This document shows positions 62,656 to 64,000 of a stretch of DNA of 64,000 nucleotides, one piece after another. Origin of the DNA: Oscillospiraceae bacterium (GTDB lineage Bacteria; Bacillota; Clostridia; Oscillospirales; CAG-272); assembly GCA_015063625.1 (NCBI GenBank), contig SVTT01000005.1:44979-108978 (forward strand), read 5' to 3'. The first letter of the stretch is position 1. Each line of letters starts with the position of its first letter. The notes below the pieces were generated by a model. That model saw only the letters and a program-made list of their open reading frames with translations. It did no database searches and was not told the DNA's origin. The translations under genes were made by a program, and so were the position numbers.

Positions 62656-63102
62656 ACAAAGAAAAGGGCACCCAATTGGGTGTCCTTTTCTTTGTTGGTA
62701 CAAGGGCTCGCGGATGCGAGCCCTTGCCGCCTTCGCTTGCCTTCCTTCTTATACCGTACGAAACGGCGGCAGAGAAGAACGCCGATTATTGCAGGGCAAA
62801 ATGGCGGCGTTACCGCCAAGGCGTTCTTCAGACGTGCAGGGCAAAGCCCTGCTAAGTGGTTCAACGTCCCGTCTCTCGCACCAACAAAGAAAAGGGCACC
62901 CGATCGGGTGCCCTTTTCTTTGTTGGTACAAGGGCTCGCGGATGCGAGCCCTTGCCGCCTTCGCTTGCCTTCCTTCTTATACCGTACGAAACGGCGGCAG
63001 AGAAGAACGCCGTTTTTTGCTTGCAAAATGATAGCGTTCAGCCGTCAAGGCGTTCTTCAGACGTGCAGGGCAAAGCCCTGCTAAGTGGTTCAACGTCCCG
63101 TC
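62631..63102 (+). repeat. tandem duplication (227-229-bp unit x 2 plus 16 nt) that begins inside the tRNA-Leu T-arm
   Basis: GGTTCAA(C)GTCCCGTC occurs at 62631, 62858 and 63087. The following TCTCTCGCACCAACAAAGAAAAGGGCACCC... is repeated at 62646 and 62874. The two units are near-identical except for one internal ~35-nt segment. Confidence 0.9.
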
Positions 63103-63134
63103 AAGGCCTCCCGGTCGGGTGAGGCTTCTTTTTT
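63103..63134 (+). terminator. intrinsic terminator closing the tRNA-Leu/repeat locus
   Basis: AAGGCCTC-CCGGTCGGGT-GAGGCTTC followed by TTTTTT. Confidence 0.65.
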
Positions 63135-63319
63135 GCCGATGCTCTAAACGGGATAGCCTTGAAGGCAAGTCCTTCCATGCTTCGGGCTGAAAAATGCGTT
63201 GCGTTCACAAGATGTTAATCGTTTCTTCACATCCCCTTGACAGATTCACCTGTTCGTGGTATAATGAAACAAACCGAGGGTTAGGTTTGTTAAAATTTGA
63301 ACCGGAAAGGAGAACGATT

Positions 63320-64000
63320 ATGAAGAAAATCATATCGCTTTTGTTGGTCGTATGCTGCCTGCTTCTTTGCCTTACATCCTGCGCAAATCCCGAAACGCTT
63401 GTAACAGAAGCAATGGCAAATACACAGGCCCTTGATGCTTACGAGGCTGAGCTGAAAATGGATATCACAATGACCGTCGGGGATGAGGAAATTGAGATGC
63501 CCATTGTTATGGATATGAAGATCAAGGGCGCTACCACCGATCATCCTGTCGTTTATATGAAGTCAACGGTCGAGATGATGGGCGAGAAGGTTGAGAGCGA
63601 GATCTATATGGACAGCGAGTGGGTATATATGCTCCAGGATGGCGTCGGCTATAAGATGAGCGTTGACGATGCGGGCGAGGACGGTGACGTGTCCGATACT
63701 CTTGACGATATGTTCCAGGATATGCCGGAATCGGTATACGAGGATGTGAAGGCGGTCAAGAACGGTGACGGCTCCAAGACGGTTTCTCTCAGCATTCCCG
63801 ACAGTATGTTTGAAGAGGTCTTCAGTGAGGTCATCGAATCGATGAAAGACAGCATTGCCCAGGGCGTTCAGGTTTCCGATGTGATCGTGAGCAACGCGAA
63901 GGTGAACATTACGGTGAAGGATAAGTATATCTCTGCTTATGAGATCATGTTTGATATGGCGATGCAGATCTCGGGAGTGGGTGTTACCGCAACCGCAAAG
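63320..64000 (+). CDS. hypothetical lipoprotein (3' end beyond the window)
   Basis: Own translation from ATG 63320 after AAAGGAGAA gives MKKIISLLLVVCCLLLCLTSCANPETLVTEAMANTQALDAYEAELKMDITM..., with lipobox LTSC. The frame is open to the window edge. A TTGACA-17-TATAAT promoter lies at 63237-63265. Confidence 0.6.
   Translation, partial: MKKIISLLLVVCCLLLCLTSCANPETLVTEAMANTQALDAYEAELKMDITMTVGDEEIEMPIVMDMKIKGATTDHPVVYMKSTVEMMGEKVESEIYMDSEWVYMLQDGVGYKMSVDDAGEDGDVSDTLDDMFQDMPESVYEDVKAVKNGDGSKTVSLSIPDSMFEEVFSEVIESMKDSIAQGVQVSDVIVSNAKVNITVKDKYISAYEIMFDMAMQISGVGVTATAK

Noticed and set aside
62631-63102. tRNA-Leu-linked repeats as the ends of an integrated prophage or ICE
   Set aside because: The repeats bound only ~212-bp non-coding modules. 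There is no integrase or cargo in the vicinity, and the last repeat lacks the acceptor 3' strand expected of a displaced attB. It is kept as a finding, but not as a classical integrative element.

Overview
64-kb chromosomal segment of a GC-rich, endospore-forming Firmicute; the Clostridia-type assignment is inferred from SpoVAC, a CotF-family gene, gene content and GC-rich third codon positions. Most of it is housekeeping: trkA (partial), recG, pnp, rpsO, ftsK, RNase P RNA, ppdK, pth, mfd, rimO, pgsA, trpS, potABCD, tRNA-Gln, tRNA-Leu and a TPP riboswitch with thiT. Regulator-linked sugar and transport cassettes sit between these genes. I saw no rRNA, CRISPR array, cas gene, transposase, integrase or phage gene. 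The unusual content is non-coding. (1) A family of ~210-290-bp intergenic elements occurs at five clear loci plus one doubtful locus. Each has a short word repeated 3-4 times on one arm and its reverse complement 3-4 times on the other arm. The words are separated by different mini-hairpins, and the element is capped by terminator-like hairpins. Both the word and the hairpin stems covary between copies, and I do not recognise the family. (2) Two abutting MITEs with 17-bp terminal inverted repeats and TA duplications. (3) A ~228-bp tandem duplication that begins inside the 3' end of tRNA-Leu. (4) A 133-bp GC-rich tandem repeat after an ABC operon. (5) A 60-bp coding tandem repeat in a very long FtsK linker. 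(6) An in-frame TAA splitting a Gfo/Idh/MocA oxidoreductase. (7) An AT-rich islet next to tRNA-Gln. Protein calls rest on motifs I recognise in the supplied translations. No database search was possible. ncRNA and repeat ends are good to about +/-5 nt.
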